Shown: positions 10,868 to 22,949, counted from the stretch's first letter. The stretch is 64,000 bases of DNA from an uncultured Acidobacteriota bacterium (GCA_963704125.1 CAVPHA010000021.1:514857-578856), one strand, 5' to 3'. Numbers and translations: made by a program. Notes: generated by a model from the sequence alone, not told the origin.

Positions 10868-11782
10868 CTACGGCTGGTACTGACAGTCGTAGGGGTCGTT
10901 GGGCGCGGCGTAGATGAACTCCGCGTCCCCGGTGCCGTCCGGGTTCCCGTCCACCTTCGAAACATAGGCGATGAACATGGTTCGGGAAGTTGGTTGCACA
11001 GGGATCGGCGAGCACGTCGTCCGGGTGCATCCAGAGCTCGATGGTGAGCGGACCGTCGCTTTGGGCACACCGAGGCTCTGCAACGACCACTGGCTGACCG
11101 AGGCGGGTAGCAGGGTCTTCGCCTTGACCGGGAGACCTCGTCGCCGTGCGGCGTCGAGCACCCTGATCTTGATCTGAGGTCGTCGATGAACGTCAGGTTC
11201 ATGGCGCCGAGATTGGACCGGAATCGGGTGCTGTTGATCACCCCCGTGACGACCGAATTGGTCGCGGGCGGCGTTGATGACCCTGCCGAGTGGCCGGGAC
11301 GGTCTGGCCGTAGGTGCCGGCCGGGTCGCCGGTGTTGTAGGTCCGGGTCGTGGCGAGGATCTCCGAGCCGACCGGGTTGCCGGAGCCCGGTACGAGCTGC
11401 GGATCGACGGTGACCACCATCGCGCCCTTGATATCGGTTTCGAAACCGAAGAGCTCGTTGACGCATCCTCGGTGAAGAGACGGGTTTCCCGCGCCCCGAG
11501 GGTGAAGCGGGTTGGGAAAGCTCGGGTTGAAGACGTTGGCCTTGTCGGCTTCGAGGAACTGAACACCCCGACCACGAGGTCGTTGTCGGAGTGATTGTGG
11601 ACCGTCATGTCGGTCACCCACTGGGTGCCGCCGGCGCCGGCGGTGCGGGCGAGGATGGGGAAGAACTGGGTGTGGGCGATCTCCTGAGCAGACAGCGGAA
11701 TTGTGGCGAACAGGGCGAGGACCGCCAGCCCGAATACCGTGGCGGTTCTTGCGGACAAACTGCGACTGCGCGTGCTTCTCAT
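10868..11782 (-). CDS. secreted hypothetical protein, several frameshifts
   Basis: SD 'ggaggga' then ATG at 11782. Signal peptide '...VFGLAVLALFATIPLSAQE'. Coherent sequence continues through ORFs 11238..11621 and 10868... Confidence 0.4.
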   Translation of the reverse strand: MRSTRSRSLSARTATVFGLAVLALFATIPLSAQEIAHTQFFPILARTAGAGGTQWVTDMTVHNHSDNDLVVGVFSSSKPTRPTSSTRAFPTRFTLGARETRLFTEDASTSSSVSKPISRARWWSPSIRSSYRAPATRSARRSSPRPGPTTPATRPAPTARPSRPLGRVINAARDQFGRHGGDQQHPIPVQSRRHEPDVHRRPQIKIRVLDAARRRGLPVKAKTLLPASVSQWSLQSLGVPKATVRSPSSSGCTRTTCSPIPVQPTSRTMFIAYVSKVDGNPDGTGDAEFIYAAPNDPYDCQYQP

Positions 11783-12283
11783 GGACTTTCCCTCCGATGT
11801 CGCGATCGACATCTGATCAAGTCGACCCGATCGGGTCGGTCGGTGACGGTATTCTAACCCGCGCGCGCGGCGAAGGCACGATTCATCGCAGCTGGCAACC
11901 ACGAAGACGCGGAGACCCGCAGGCCTCCCACGGTCATCGCGGTTGAGGTGAAGCATTCCGAACTGGCTGGGTCCACATCGTGATTGATTCGCCGAGGGCA
12001 GAACCACCCCGGCAGTCGCCCTGAGCGAACGAGTTCGACGCGGGAGTCGAAGGGTCCGCCGAGGGTTGGCAAGACGCGAGTTCTCTCTGTTTCGCTCTGA
12101 GCTTCGGGGAGTCTTCGACTCGGTACGCTCGCCCAGAATGACAGGTCTTGGATTTTTGCATGCGGCTCAGTGGCAGCGTCCGGGGCAGCGGCACAATGCC
12201 GTACCTGGCACGCCCGTTGGAGCGCGACTCCCGCGTGCCCTTTGCGCGCCGCGATTTCGGGCCCTCTCGAGAACGCGGACAAG

Positions 12284-12314
12284 AAAACGCCACCGGTTTC
12301 CCGGTGGCGTTTTG
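12284..12314 (-). terminator. rho-independent (bidirectional) terminator
   Basis: 'aaaacgccaccgg-tttc-ccggtggcgtttt': a perfect 10-bp GC stem with A/T runs on both sides, 19 nt downstream of the LPXTG-protein stop. Confidence 0.65.
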
Positions 12315-12332
12315 TTCTCGGTTCAACGAGTG

Positions 12333-13038
12333 CTAGAAGCGGCGGATGACACCGATGCCGAGGCCGACGGCGAGCGCCGCGAGGCCCAGGAGGCCGACGA
12401 GCGGCAGCGAGCTGCCGGTCTTGGGAAGAACCGGGGCCGGAGCCGGAGCCGGGGCCGGCTTCGGTGCTGCTGGCCTCGCCACAGGGGCGGGCTTGGCCTT
12501 GGGCGCCTTCGGCGCGGCGCCGGCGACACTCATCTCCTCTTCGGTGATCATGGTCTCTTCGGTGTGGACGATGTGCGCGGTGACCCGGTCGCCGCCGGCG
12601 AGGGCTTCGATGGGAACCGGCTTGCCGTTGCGGTAGAGGGTGAAGCCCTCGGGAATCCCGGTGATCTTGTGGATCTGACCGAGTTTGTCGCGATAGATCA
12701 GGGTCTGGCCGATCCGCTGGACGACCTCGGCTTCTCGGACCTCGGTGGTCTTGACCTCGAGGGCGTCGTGATGGTGGCGATGGTCTGGGTGAGCTTGGTG
12801 CCCGGCTTCAGCTCGGCTGACCGGGACCTTCTGGCCGTCAACCTCGAAGAGGAAGTCGGCGGGGACATCGGCATCCTTGACGGTGCCGTCGGCCATCTGC
12901 ACGACGAGGTGGTTGCCGTAGACACTGGAGCACGGTGCCCTGTTTGATTTCATAGGTGGTGGACTGGGCCATGGCCAGTCCGGCGCCCATGGCCACCACG
13001 GCGACCAGGGCAATGATCAGGTTCTTTTTCATCGACAT
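12333..13038 (-). CDS. exported protein with C-terminal LPXTG-type sorting signal (frameshifted)
   Basis: Signal peptide 'MSMKKNLIIALVAVVAMGAGLAMA', a Pro/Ala/Lys linker, then 'LPKTGSSLPLVGLLGLAALAVGLGIGVIRRF' (motif, hydrophobic span, basic tail). Confidence 0.55.
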
Positions 13039-13168
13039 TTCCTTCTCTCCTTTTGTTCGTTGTCGTCTCTCGGGTTCAGTGATTGACTTAAGGTCGAATT
13101 CTTCACGCTGGATGCTACCGACAGCTCGTTCCCCAGCCGTCCGGACCATATCTGGGGCCAGGGTGAAT

Positions 13169-13748
13169 CTACTCGTTGAGGTTGTCGTTGGCCCAGTACT
13201 TTGTGCCGGCGATATCGGCGTTGACCATCAGGCCTTTTTCGGTGAACTGGTAGATGGCGATCCCGTTGCTGAAGTCAGTCTTGGCGTCGGCCGCGTTCTT
13301 GCCGGCCGCGGCGGTGGCGCTGGCGTCGGCCTGCCAGCCCTTGGTGACGAAATTTTTCAGGGTGGTTTCATCCTGGAAGAGAAAGACGACCTGGTACTTG
13401 TTGACACCGATGCCGAGGCCAACCCCGGCGGTGCCCATCTTCATGTAGGTCTTCTCACCGGTGGTCTTGGACACGGCCACGCCGTTGCCGCCGCCGCCCG
13501 AGATCCCGAAGGCGACCTTGGCGTTGTCGAAGACCGCCCAGCCCACGGCCTTGTTGTAGAGATCTTTCGCCTTGGGACGCTCTTTGAAGAGCGTCTGCAG
13601 GGTTTCGTCGGCGACCTCATTGATCTTGGCCTGCTTCGCTTCGATCTTGAGCTCGGCCGAGGTCGGTTCGTCATCGGCGAGGGCCGACGGGGTGGTGAAT
13701 AGAATGGCTGCGACGCAGATCATCAGGCTCGTGATCAGTCTTCTTCAT
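13169..13748 (-). CDS. SYLF (Ysc84/DUF500) lipid-binding domain protein, frameshift in the signal peptide near 13737
   Basis: ORF 13169..13723 carries 'GISGGGGNGVAV...GVGLGIGVNKYQVVF'. Upstream, 'aggagg' then ATG AAG AAG at 13748 lies one base out of frame. Confidence 0.7.
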
Positions 13749-13804
13749 GGGGGCCTCCTGGGGTTGTTTGGTGGTTACTGCCGGCAGTATACGCCAGCGT
13801 TCTT

Positions 13805-14160
13805 CTACGGCTGATCCAACCGCTGGGTGATCGCGTTTATTTCATCCACCAGCACGATTTTCGGCCGGAATCCATCGGCCTCGGTTACATCGAGCTGGGC
13901 GTAGGCGGCGATGATCACCCGATCGCCGCGATGAACCAGCCGGGCCGCGGCGCCGTTGAGGCAGACTTCGCCGGGTTGGCCGAGGATGACGTAGGTGGTG
14001 AGGCGGGCGCCGTTGTCGATGTCGAGGACATCGACCTTTTCGAACTCCCGCAGACCCACGGCCTCGCAGAGCGCCGGGTCGATGGCCACCGAACCCGCAT
14101 AGTCGAGCTCGGCGCCGGTGACCGTGGCGCGGTGGATCTTGGATTTCAGCATCTCGATCA

Positions 14161-14164
<4 letters not shown>
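13805..14164 (-). CDS. panD: aspartate 1-decarboxylase
   Basis: 'MLKSKIHRATVTGAELDYAGSVAID' includes the pyruvoyl-forming G-S site. Confidence 0.95.
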
Positions 14165-16938
<2,774 letters not shown>

Positions 16939-16942
<4 letters not shown>

Positions 16943-17647
16943 CGGCCGACCTCCCGGGAGCCGGAGGCTCGCGCGATCGCCGCATAGACCTGGCGATACG
17001 GATCACCGGCGAGACCCTGGAGGTCGCGCTCGATGGTGCCGGTTTCGCCACGCGCGAGGGAACCGGTCATCGCCGCGCGGCCGTGGGCCAGGGTGTTGGC
17101 GGCGGTTTGTTCGAGAAATGGCCTGAGCATCTCCCGGGGAAGACCGAGCCGCATTTCGAAATCGTCCATCGCCTTGAGCCACAGGAGGGTGGTGAAGTTG
17201 CCGGCGAGGACGCAGAGCGCGTGGTAGAGGGGTTTGAGCTCGGGGTCGATGGTCCAGGACGGGTTGTGCAAGACCGGGGAAGATCTCCTGGAATCCCAGG
17301 CTCCCGGTCTCTGCGACGAACGGGATGGATCGATAGGTCCCGAGATCGTAGGTTTCGGGACCAAAGGTCATCAGGGGGTGGAGGCCGGACGCGCCGGCGA
17401 TGGTCAGGCTGCCCGAGAAATGGACCAACGGATGGTCTCGGAGCTCGGGGTTGTCGGCAATGAAGGGCGCGAGCGCATCATCGCTGATGGCGAGCAGGAC
17501 GATCTCCGCCTCGCCGAGGACCGCGCCGGGTGGGTCAGCCAATCCGCGATGCCAAGGGATGACGCGCTGGCCTTCGAGCTCGAGATAGCGAGCCATGTGG
17601 GTGGCCGTACGCCCGCGGCCGACCAGCCCATAGGTGGGAGCGTCCAT
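16939..17647 (-). CDS. Rossmann + DUF2520 protein, candidate PanG-type ketopantoate reductase (frameshift near 17280)
   Basis: N-terminal 'YGLVGRGRTATHMARYL' dinucleotide fold (ORF 17003..17647). A DUF2520-like C-terminus lies in ORF 16939..17364. It is the first gene of the pan operon. Confidence 0.55.
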
Positions 17648-17770
17648 GTCGGTACCTGTCCTTTCAGATCAAGTCCGTGTTTGTTCGTGTCTGCGGGTCT
17701 GTCGCGTCACCGTCGGTGATGATCGGTGCGCACCCGGCACGAGCGTAGAGCATTCGGCGCCCGCTGACAA

Positions 17771-17862
17771 CATGGCAGCCCGTGGCGGCGTCCGTGGCAG
17801 CGTCCGTGGCGGCGGCCTCGGTCACTGTTCAGGCAACGCGCCGTCGGGATCGGGATCGGGTC
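17771..17862. repeat. direct repeat H1 (12-mer 'ccgtggcNgcgN' units plus a unique tail)
   Basis: Aligns with 18528..18626 with 5 substitutions plus one fewer 12-mer unit. The two copies bracket the 4HB cassette. Confidence 0.85.
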
Positions 17863-18527
17863 CGGACTCGACCCAACAGCGGATTGAGGAATCGAGAGGT
17901 CGGCCGGGGAGGATTCGGTTTTCTTGGATCGAAGACCTTGGTTCTCCTGATGATTCAGGAGATACCTGTGCGACTCCTGTATGAATTGTCTGGGAGGGTT
18001 TTGCACCCTCCCGATGAGGTTATCGGGGTGAGGAAGGCTAAGGGTGGAGGAGACGCCAGGTCATGGCACGAACATCATCGAAGAGTTGGAGCGTGGTTTC
18101 GCTGCGGGACGGGTCGATTGCACCAGCCCCCATGAGGAGACGAAGATGAATGTCAACTTCCTTTGCTGACCCATACGCGATGCGGTATAGGTGCATGCGG
18201 TCTCTTCCAAAACGACCGGCGCCTTCGGCGAGATTCGCCGGTACCGAGGAAGCGGATCGAATCACCTGATCGGCGATGGGCTTGAGCGGAGCGGGCACCC
18301 GCATCACGAGGGAGATGGCGATGCCGGCTGCGGTGGTGGCTTTCTCGAGGGCGTAGAATCGGGTCGTTTGCTGTTGCTCGTGCATGGTTACCTCCGGGTT
18401 GTTCATGTCCTTCCCCCAGCCGCTGGGATGGCTCGTGTCAAGGGTCGCCTTCGAGGCGACTTGTCTTGCCCTTGACTCGAGCCATCCCAGCGGCTACACG
18501 CGCTTTCATGAACAACCCGGGGGTGAC
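17863..18527 (-). mobile_element. candidate four-helix-bundle gene cassette, copy 1 (mobility is hypothetical)
   Basis: Bounded by direct repeats H1/H2. Its internal modules (3' hairpins, gene, upstream palindrome) are shared with 59179..59798. Confidence 0.35.
18038..18406 (-). CDS. four-helix-bundle protein (TIGR02436 / 23S rRNA intervening-sequence protein family, Avd-like)
   Basis: 'QVIRSASSVPANLAEGAGRFGRDRMHLYRIAYGSAKEVDIHLRLL' is the family signature. SD 'gggggaagga' precedes the ATG. Confidence 0.85.
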   Translation of the reverse strand: MNNPEVTMHEQQQTTRFYALEKATTAAGIAISLVMRVPAPLKPIADQVIRSASSVPANLAEGAGRFGRDRMHLYRIAYGSAKEVDIHLRLLMGAGAIDPSRSETTLQLFDDVRAMTWRLLHP

Positions 18528-18530
18528 CAT
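18384..18530. promoter_or_regulatory. ~147-bp imperfect palindrome covering the 5' end and upstream region of 4HB copy 1
   Basis: Arms match 22/24 ('atggttacctccgggttgttcatg'), 18/18 ('agccgctgggatggctcg') and 8/8 ('gtcaaggg'). The core is 'tcgcc-ttcga-ggcga'. The proximal arm contains TTGACA. Confidence 0.6.
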
Positions 18531-18626
18531 GCCGTGGCAGCGACCGTGGCAGCGACCGTGGCAGCGACCGTGGCGGCGGCCTCGGTCACTGTTCAGGCAG
18601 CGCGCCGTCGGGATCGGGATCAGGTC
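18528..18626. repeat. direct repeat H2 (partner of H1)
   Basis: See H1. Confidence 0.85.
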
Positions 18627-18740
18627 GAGGCCGCGGATTCGGAAACGGCCGCGGCTACGGACTCGGATACGGTCACGGATACGGATACGGATACGGATAC
18701 GGAAACGGCCACGGCCACGGCTACGGTTTCGGACGTCGCC
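18627..18740. repeat. (NNNCGG)n hexamer-periodic tract
   Basis: 'gcggattcggaaacggccgcggctacggactcggatacggtcacggatacggatacggatacggatacggaaacggccacggccacggctacggtttcgg': CGG every 6 nt for ~19 units. Confidence 0.9.
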
Positions 18741-18741
18741 C

Positions 18742-19704
18742 CTAGCCCGCGGCCACCATCTCCCACACCGCGAGCCACACCGGCAGGCTGACGACGCACA
18801 GGATGTAACTCAGCAGCATGACGGCGCCGACCTTCTGCTCGTCGCCGCCGTAGGCTCGTACCTGGAGGATCAGGCCGACGGCGGGGGCCGAAGCGGCCTG
18901 CAGCACCAGGAACCGGGCGAGCAGCGGGTTGGTGGTTCCGATTTCGGTGAAAGAGAGCACTGCGACCGTGAGGGCCGGGAGCAGACCGTACTTCACCGTC
19001 ATGGCGCGGGCGGCGTCCCAAAGGTGGGGCCGGAGGCGCAGGCTCATGCCGCCGAGCATCGCGCCGAGGACCACGGTGGCCACCGGAACCGCCCCTTCGC
19101 CCACCAGCTCGACCGTCTCCAGCACCGGCGTCGGAATCAACCGACTCACCCCGGTCAAGACCAGAGCGATGGAGGAGAGGCAGGCGACGAGGGGCGGATT
19201 CGCGAACCCCCGCCAATCGGCCTGCCGCGGAGCGCCGTTGGTGGCGAGGAACTTGCCGAGGCTCCAGAGAATCGGGTTGAAACCGACGATGAAAAGCGAA
19301 ACATAGAGCGCGAACTCGTCGAACTGCCCGGGATAGAGCGCGGCGCCGATCGGCAGGACGAGGTAGCCCGCATTCTGCATGCTCGCGACGGCGAGCATGC
19401 TGCGTTTCGCGGGGAGTTCGCGGAAGAAGACAAGGGTGGCCAGGGCGAGCCCAACCAGGGTCATGGCGATGCTTGCCAACGGCAGGGTCCACCACAACGG
19501 AAACTCGGCCGGCGAGAGATTGGTCAGGATCTTGTCGAGGATCAAACAGGGGAGGAAGAGGACGATGGTCGCCTTGGTCAGGGCGGTCACCATGGCGTCC
19601 GTGAGGACCTTCCGCCGCACGAGGAAACCCGCCAGAAAGACCACCAGGAAGATCTTGAGAGTCGCGAGCAAGGTGGCTACGGCGGTGGTGGTGAAGGAGT
19701 CCAT
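18742..19704 (-). CDS. AEC-family (auxin efflux carrier-like) membrane transporter
   Basis: Intact 320 aa ORF, ~10 TM, two-repeat layout typical of PF03547. Confidence 0.75.
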   Translation of the reverse strand: MDSFTTTAVATLLATLKIFLVVFLAGFLVRRKVLTDAMVTALTKATIVLFLPCLILDKILTNLSPAEFPLWWTLPLASIAMTLVGLALATLVFFRELPAKRSMLAVASMQNAGYLVLPIGAALYPGQFDEFALYVSLFIVGFNPILWSLGKFLATNGAPRQADWRGFANPPLVACLSSIALVLTGVSRLIPTPVLETVELVGEGAVPVATVVLGAMLGGMSLRLRPHLWDAARAMTVKYGLLPALTVAVLSFTEIGTTNPLLARFLVLQAASAPAVGLILQVRAYGGDEQKVGAVMLLSYILCVVSLPVWLAVWEMVAAG

Positions 19705-19860
19705 GATGAACGGGGGTTATTGTAGCCCGATCGATTCTCCAAGATACCTGAACCCCGGCGCTGACAGGAGGTTGGCGACAGGACGCTTGGGTTGTGGTAA
19801 ACTGTATTGAAATCAGAAACTTATCGAATTTTTGGTACTGCTGTTCTGAGAAGGAGGAGT

Positions 19861-21408
19861 ATGCACCGCTACTTGAGTATGAGAAACCGAAACCACGGCC
19901 CCGGTTGGTTGTCGATTTTTGTTGTCGCGGCTGTACTGGCATGCCCGCTCGTCGTCAATTCGGCGGAGGTCGTTTATCTCGCTGAAGGTACTTCTGGTTC
20001 TTTTCTTGTCATGCAGTTGTACATCGTTGACACGGATAGCCCCCGCAACGCAACCAAGCTGAATGAAGAAGCCGGCTTTGCCAATGGAATCTGGCCGTTT
20101 GAAATCAGCCCTGACGGTCCGCGGGCTGTTTACGCGGGTGATCAGGACACTCCCGGCGACAGCGATCTGTATCTCGTCGAGATTGACCACCCCGGCGTCT
20201 CGCTGCGATTAGGGCAACTGACCAACATGCGTGAATCTCGGGGCGTATTCAGTCCAGACGGGACAAAGATCGCGTATGTGGCGTACGGCCAGGACTATTC
20301 GGGTCCGGATTTGTTTTTCGTCGATCTGGCCAATCCAGGTCAGACGACCCAACTGAATAGCACATTGCCGCAAGGTGGCTATGTAGATCGAGCTCGGTTG
20401 AGCTTTACGCCCAACAATAGATCGGTCGTTTATCTTGCCGACCAGGACGTCCAATTCAGGCGAGAATTGTATGTGGTGGATCTCGACAATCCCGGCCAGC
20501 CAAGGAAGCTCAACGGAGCTTTGCCAAACGACGGCAACGTCGACTCCCTGCACCCATTTCTGGTCACGCCGAACGGAACCGGAGTTGTGTACCGGGCCGA
20601 TCAGGACAAACGCGGGTTGCCGGAGTTGTATTTGGCTGACCTTAGTCATCCCGGCAATACCACCAAAATCAATCCGACTTTGGTGAGCAACGGCCAGACC
20701 TGGAGATTTGCTTTCATCAAGACCGGCACAGCGCTTGTCTATGGGGCGACCATCGGTGCGCAGGGTCGCGAGTTGTACCTGACCGAGTTCAATTCGCCGG
20801 GGACTGCCGTGAAACTGAGCGCGCCGTTGACCGGCAGTGAGTCCGAGGTTTGGTTGATTGGTCCGTCGCCGGACGGTGCAAGGGTCTACTACGCGACTCG
20901 TAATCCAGCTGGGAAGGTTCTCGGTCTGTATGTGATGGACTTGGCGAGCCCGGGCCGGGCCACGAGAATGACCCGGGGTTATGCCGGCTCCATCACCACC
21001 GACTGGCCTGTCTTAAGCCCGGATGGTCGGTACCTGGCGTTCACCGCGGAAGAGGCCGGTCTGAGTGAGGGCGTCTACGTGATCGACACGACGTCCCAGG
21101 ACTCCCCGTTCCGCCTTTCACCCCCGCATTCGAACAAGCTGCCGATCACCTACGAAGATTGGCTGAGGTGGAGTCCCGACAGTTCACAGGCGGTCTATTT
21201 GGCCTATGACGACGTGACCGGGGTGGTTGAGTTGTATCTATCAAACGTTGCGAATCCGGGCGTCTCGGAGCGGCTCAATGCGCCGTTGTCACCAGGCGCG
21301 TGGGTCGCTGTCCCCACGGACCTGCCGAGTTTCTCCTTCGTACCCGAGATCGGGTCGGGCCGCCAACCCCTCGTCAGATCCGGTGGTGACCGCCGATACC
21401 GACCGTGA
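19861..21408 (+). CDS. secreted TolB-like beta-propeller repeat protein
   Basis: SD 'aaggaggag' then ATG. Signal peptide. The motif 'SPDG../TPNG..VVY.ADQD....ELY..DL..PG' recurs about 8 times. Visibly lower GC than the neighbours and no frameshift. Confidence 0.6.
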   Translation: MHRYLSMRNRNHGPGWLSIFVVAAVLACPLVVNSAEVVYLAEGTSGSFLVMQLYIVDTDSPRNATKLNEEAGFANGIWPFEISPDGPRAVYAGDQDTPGDSDLYLVEIDHPGVSLRLGQLTNMRESRGVFSPDGTKIAYVAYGQDYSGPDLFFVDLANPGQTTQLNSTLPQGGYVDRARLSFTPNNRSVVYLADQDVQFRRELYVVDLDNPGQPRKLNGALPNDGNVDSLHPFLVTPNGTGVVYRADQDKRGLPELYLADLSHPGNTTKINPTLVSNGQTWRFAFIKTGTALVYGATIGAQGRELYLTEFNSPGTAVKLSAPLTGSESEVWLIGPSPDGARVYYATRNPAGKVLGLYVMDLASPGRATRMTRGYAGSITTDWPVLSPDGRYLAFTAEEAGLSEGVYVIDTTSQDSPFRLSPPHSNKLPITYEDWLRWSPDSSQAVYLAYDDVTGVVELYLSNVANPGVSERLNAPLSPGAWVAVPTDLPSFSFVPEIGSGRQPLVRSGGDRRYRP

Positions 21409-21463
21409 CCGGCGCCGACCCTCAGAGCTGAGAGAGCCATCGGCGGAACCAGAAACGAGAAAA

Positions 21464-21494
21464 GCCGCCCAACGGGCGGCGATTTCGATGTTCC
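21464..21494 (+). terminator. stem-loop terminator after the propeller gene
   Basis: 'gccgccc-aac-gggcggc' followed by the T-rich 'gatttcgatgttcc'. Confidence 0.45.
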
Positions 21495-21570
21495 TGGTGG
21501 AGCCGAAGGGGATCGAACCCTCGACTTCAGCATTGCGAACGCTGCGCTCTCCCAACTGAGCTACGGCCCC
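21495..21570 (-). tRNA. tRNA-Ala (anticodon CGC), CCA encoded
   Basis: The reverse complement folds as a cloverleaf: acceptor GGGGCCG/CGGCUCC with the G3:U70 Ala identity pair, D-arm GCUC/GAGC, anticodon loop UUCGCAA, T-arm GAGGGUUCGAUCCCC. Length 76 nt. Confidence 0.95.
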
Positions 21571-21649
21571 ACGCGCGGCGGATGGTACCGTGATCGGCAA
21601 CGAGGTTGCAAGGATGTCGCCGAAATCGGCGACTTGCGATGGTGAATCG

Positions 21650-21856
21650 CTAGTCGACTTTGAACGCGACGTTGAGCGTGGCCTGGTACTCGAGGCCTCC
21701 ATCGGGGCGGATACCGCCGCGAAATGCGGTGACCTCGAACCAGGCAAGTCCTCTGAGGCTCTCGGACGCCTTCTCGACCGCGGCCTCGATGGCCTTCTCG
21801 TAGCTCTCGGTTGAACATCCGGTCACGATGATCTGCTTGAATACTTTTTCGGGCAT
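21650..21856 (-). CDS. dodecin-family flavin-binding protein
   Basis: 68 aa, 'KVFKQIIVTGCSTESYEKAIEAAVEKASESLRGLAWFEV'. Confidence 0.75.
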   Translation of the reverse strand: MPEKVFKQIIVTGCSTESYEKAIEAAVEKASESLRGLAWFEVTAFRGGIRPDGGLEYQATLNVAFKVD

Positions 21857-21962
21857 TTTTCCTCCTGGTGCGTTTCTCGCAACTGTGACAACAACCGAAT
21901 CGAGGAAGCTCTTCCGACCCGGGGGAGCTGAGTCGAAATTCGTGATTCACGATACTCGCGAA

Positions 21963-22949
21963 TCACCCGCTTTCGTCTTCTCCCGACCAGCGCCGCCATG
22001 CCGAGTCGACGGGCTCGCCGCCGTACCACAGGGCGCGGGTGAAGCTCTCGACCCAGGGGTCGAAGCCCGGGACGACGCGGAGATTGTCCTCCATGGCGAG
22101 GACCGCCGGGTCGTTGGGCAGGCGGTCGAGGGCGGTCGCTGCGCGGCGCAGCCGCCAACCCCACGAGGACTCCTCGTGGCACTGATCGAGCCGGCGCGCC
22201 CACAGGCGGAGGACGGCGGCGGTTCGAACGGCGTTGGATTGATAGCTCTGGGGCACCATGCACGGGATGAAGGGGTCCATCCCGACTTCGCTGCAGCGTC
22301 ACGCCGGCCCGTCGTTCGAGGGCGTGCAGACCACGGCCGACATCGGCGTGGAAGAGCGCGTTCTCGAGCTCGTCGGCAACCCCGGTCCCGTCGCAGCCGT
22401 CGAGAATGCGGTGGCGGTCCTTGGGGGTGAGAAAAAGCGGCGCCGCCACGGCGAACCGAGCACCGTCGCCTTTGAGCTGTTTGATTCGTCGCTCGACCTC
22501 GGCGTCGGCCCCCGGGAACGGGAAGAGACCGAGGACCGCGCCCCATCGCCAGTCGGTCCAGGCGGCGGGAATTTTCAGACCCTCCGAGAGCGGAAAGGGC
22601 AGGACCGGCAGCAGGGCGCTCACCCGCAGGTCCCCGGGTGTTCCATCGAGGCCGAGCTCCTCCGGGGTGATGTTCGGGTCGTCGAGGACAAGCAGGACCG
22701 AACCACCCCGTTCGAGCACCCGATGCAGCACATCGCTGCGTTCGCGGGCGACGCGGGCGAAGGACATCGCCCTGACCGCTTCTCGCGGCACCGATCCCTC
22801 CGCCGGAAGAATCCGTTGCGGGGCATCCTCCCAGACGATGCCGAGCTTGATGGGATCGAGACTGACCTTGGGACCGGGCAGGTAGCCCGGTCGTTGGACA
22901 TGGGTGATGGGGAAGAGATCCGGGTAGGCGGGTTCGACTCTACGCACCA
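21963..22949 (-). CDS. hypothetical protein (frameshift near 22270)
   Basis: ORF 21823..23094 (N-terminal part, GTG overlapping the ribE stop) continues in ORF 21963..22280. No motif recognised. Confidence 0.3.

Noticed and set aside
9145-11466. Very long ORFs on the strand opposite to recognised genes: 9145..11466, 28841..31159, 1488..3170, 38056..40506, 57521..58624 and 24915..26009.
   Set aside because: They are Arg/Pro/Gly-rich with low-complexity composition, and lie antisense or out of frame to genes with clear family motifs. This is typical of stop-codon-poor shadow ORFs in high-GC DNA.
11783-12283. Possible ncRNA (tmRNA, RNase P, SRP or 6S) in the 500-bp gene-poor stretch upstream of the secreted-protein gene.
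   Set aside because: None of the hallmark strings is present: RNase P 'GAGGAAAGTCCGGGC', a tmRNA tRNA-like end with CCA, or the SRP 'GGAAGCAGCC' region. Only the terminator at 12284..12314 is supported.
17771-18626. Diversity-generating retroelement (VR - avd - TR layout): an Avd-family gene lies between two ~95-245 bp direct repeats here and at 58946..60139.
   Set aside because: No reverse transcriptase gene is in the window, and the repeats do not sit at the 3' end of a target ORF. In H1/H2, 4 of 5 mismatches fall at adenines of H2, which is suggestive. In the longer R4/R5 pair, however, the mismatches are mixed (g/t, t/c, c/g and indels) and not adenine-specific. The idea stays a remote possibility, testable by finding an RT elsewhere in the genome.
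18527-18745. Glycine/aromatic-rich peptide ('GFGNGRGYGLGYGHGYGYGYGYGNGHGHGYGFGRRP', stop at 18743) encoded by the hexamer tract. A similar one is at 60131..60233.
   Set aside because: In both loci this frame has stop codons just upstream (18509, 18524; TGA at 60097..60099). There is no ATG/GTG/TTG start between them and the repeat, and no SD.
18466-19725. 419-aa ORF starting upstream of the mirrored 'MNNPGVTM' and continuing as an Arg-rich repeat.
   Set aside because: Beyond the repeat it is simply the open antisense frame of the AEC transporter gene in GC-rich DNA, and it has no SD. Only the first ~80 codons are of possible interest; they are noted under findings as a speculation.
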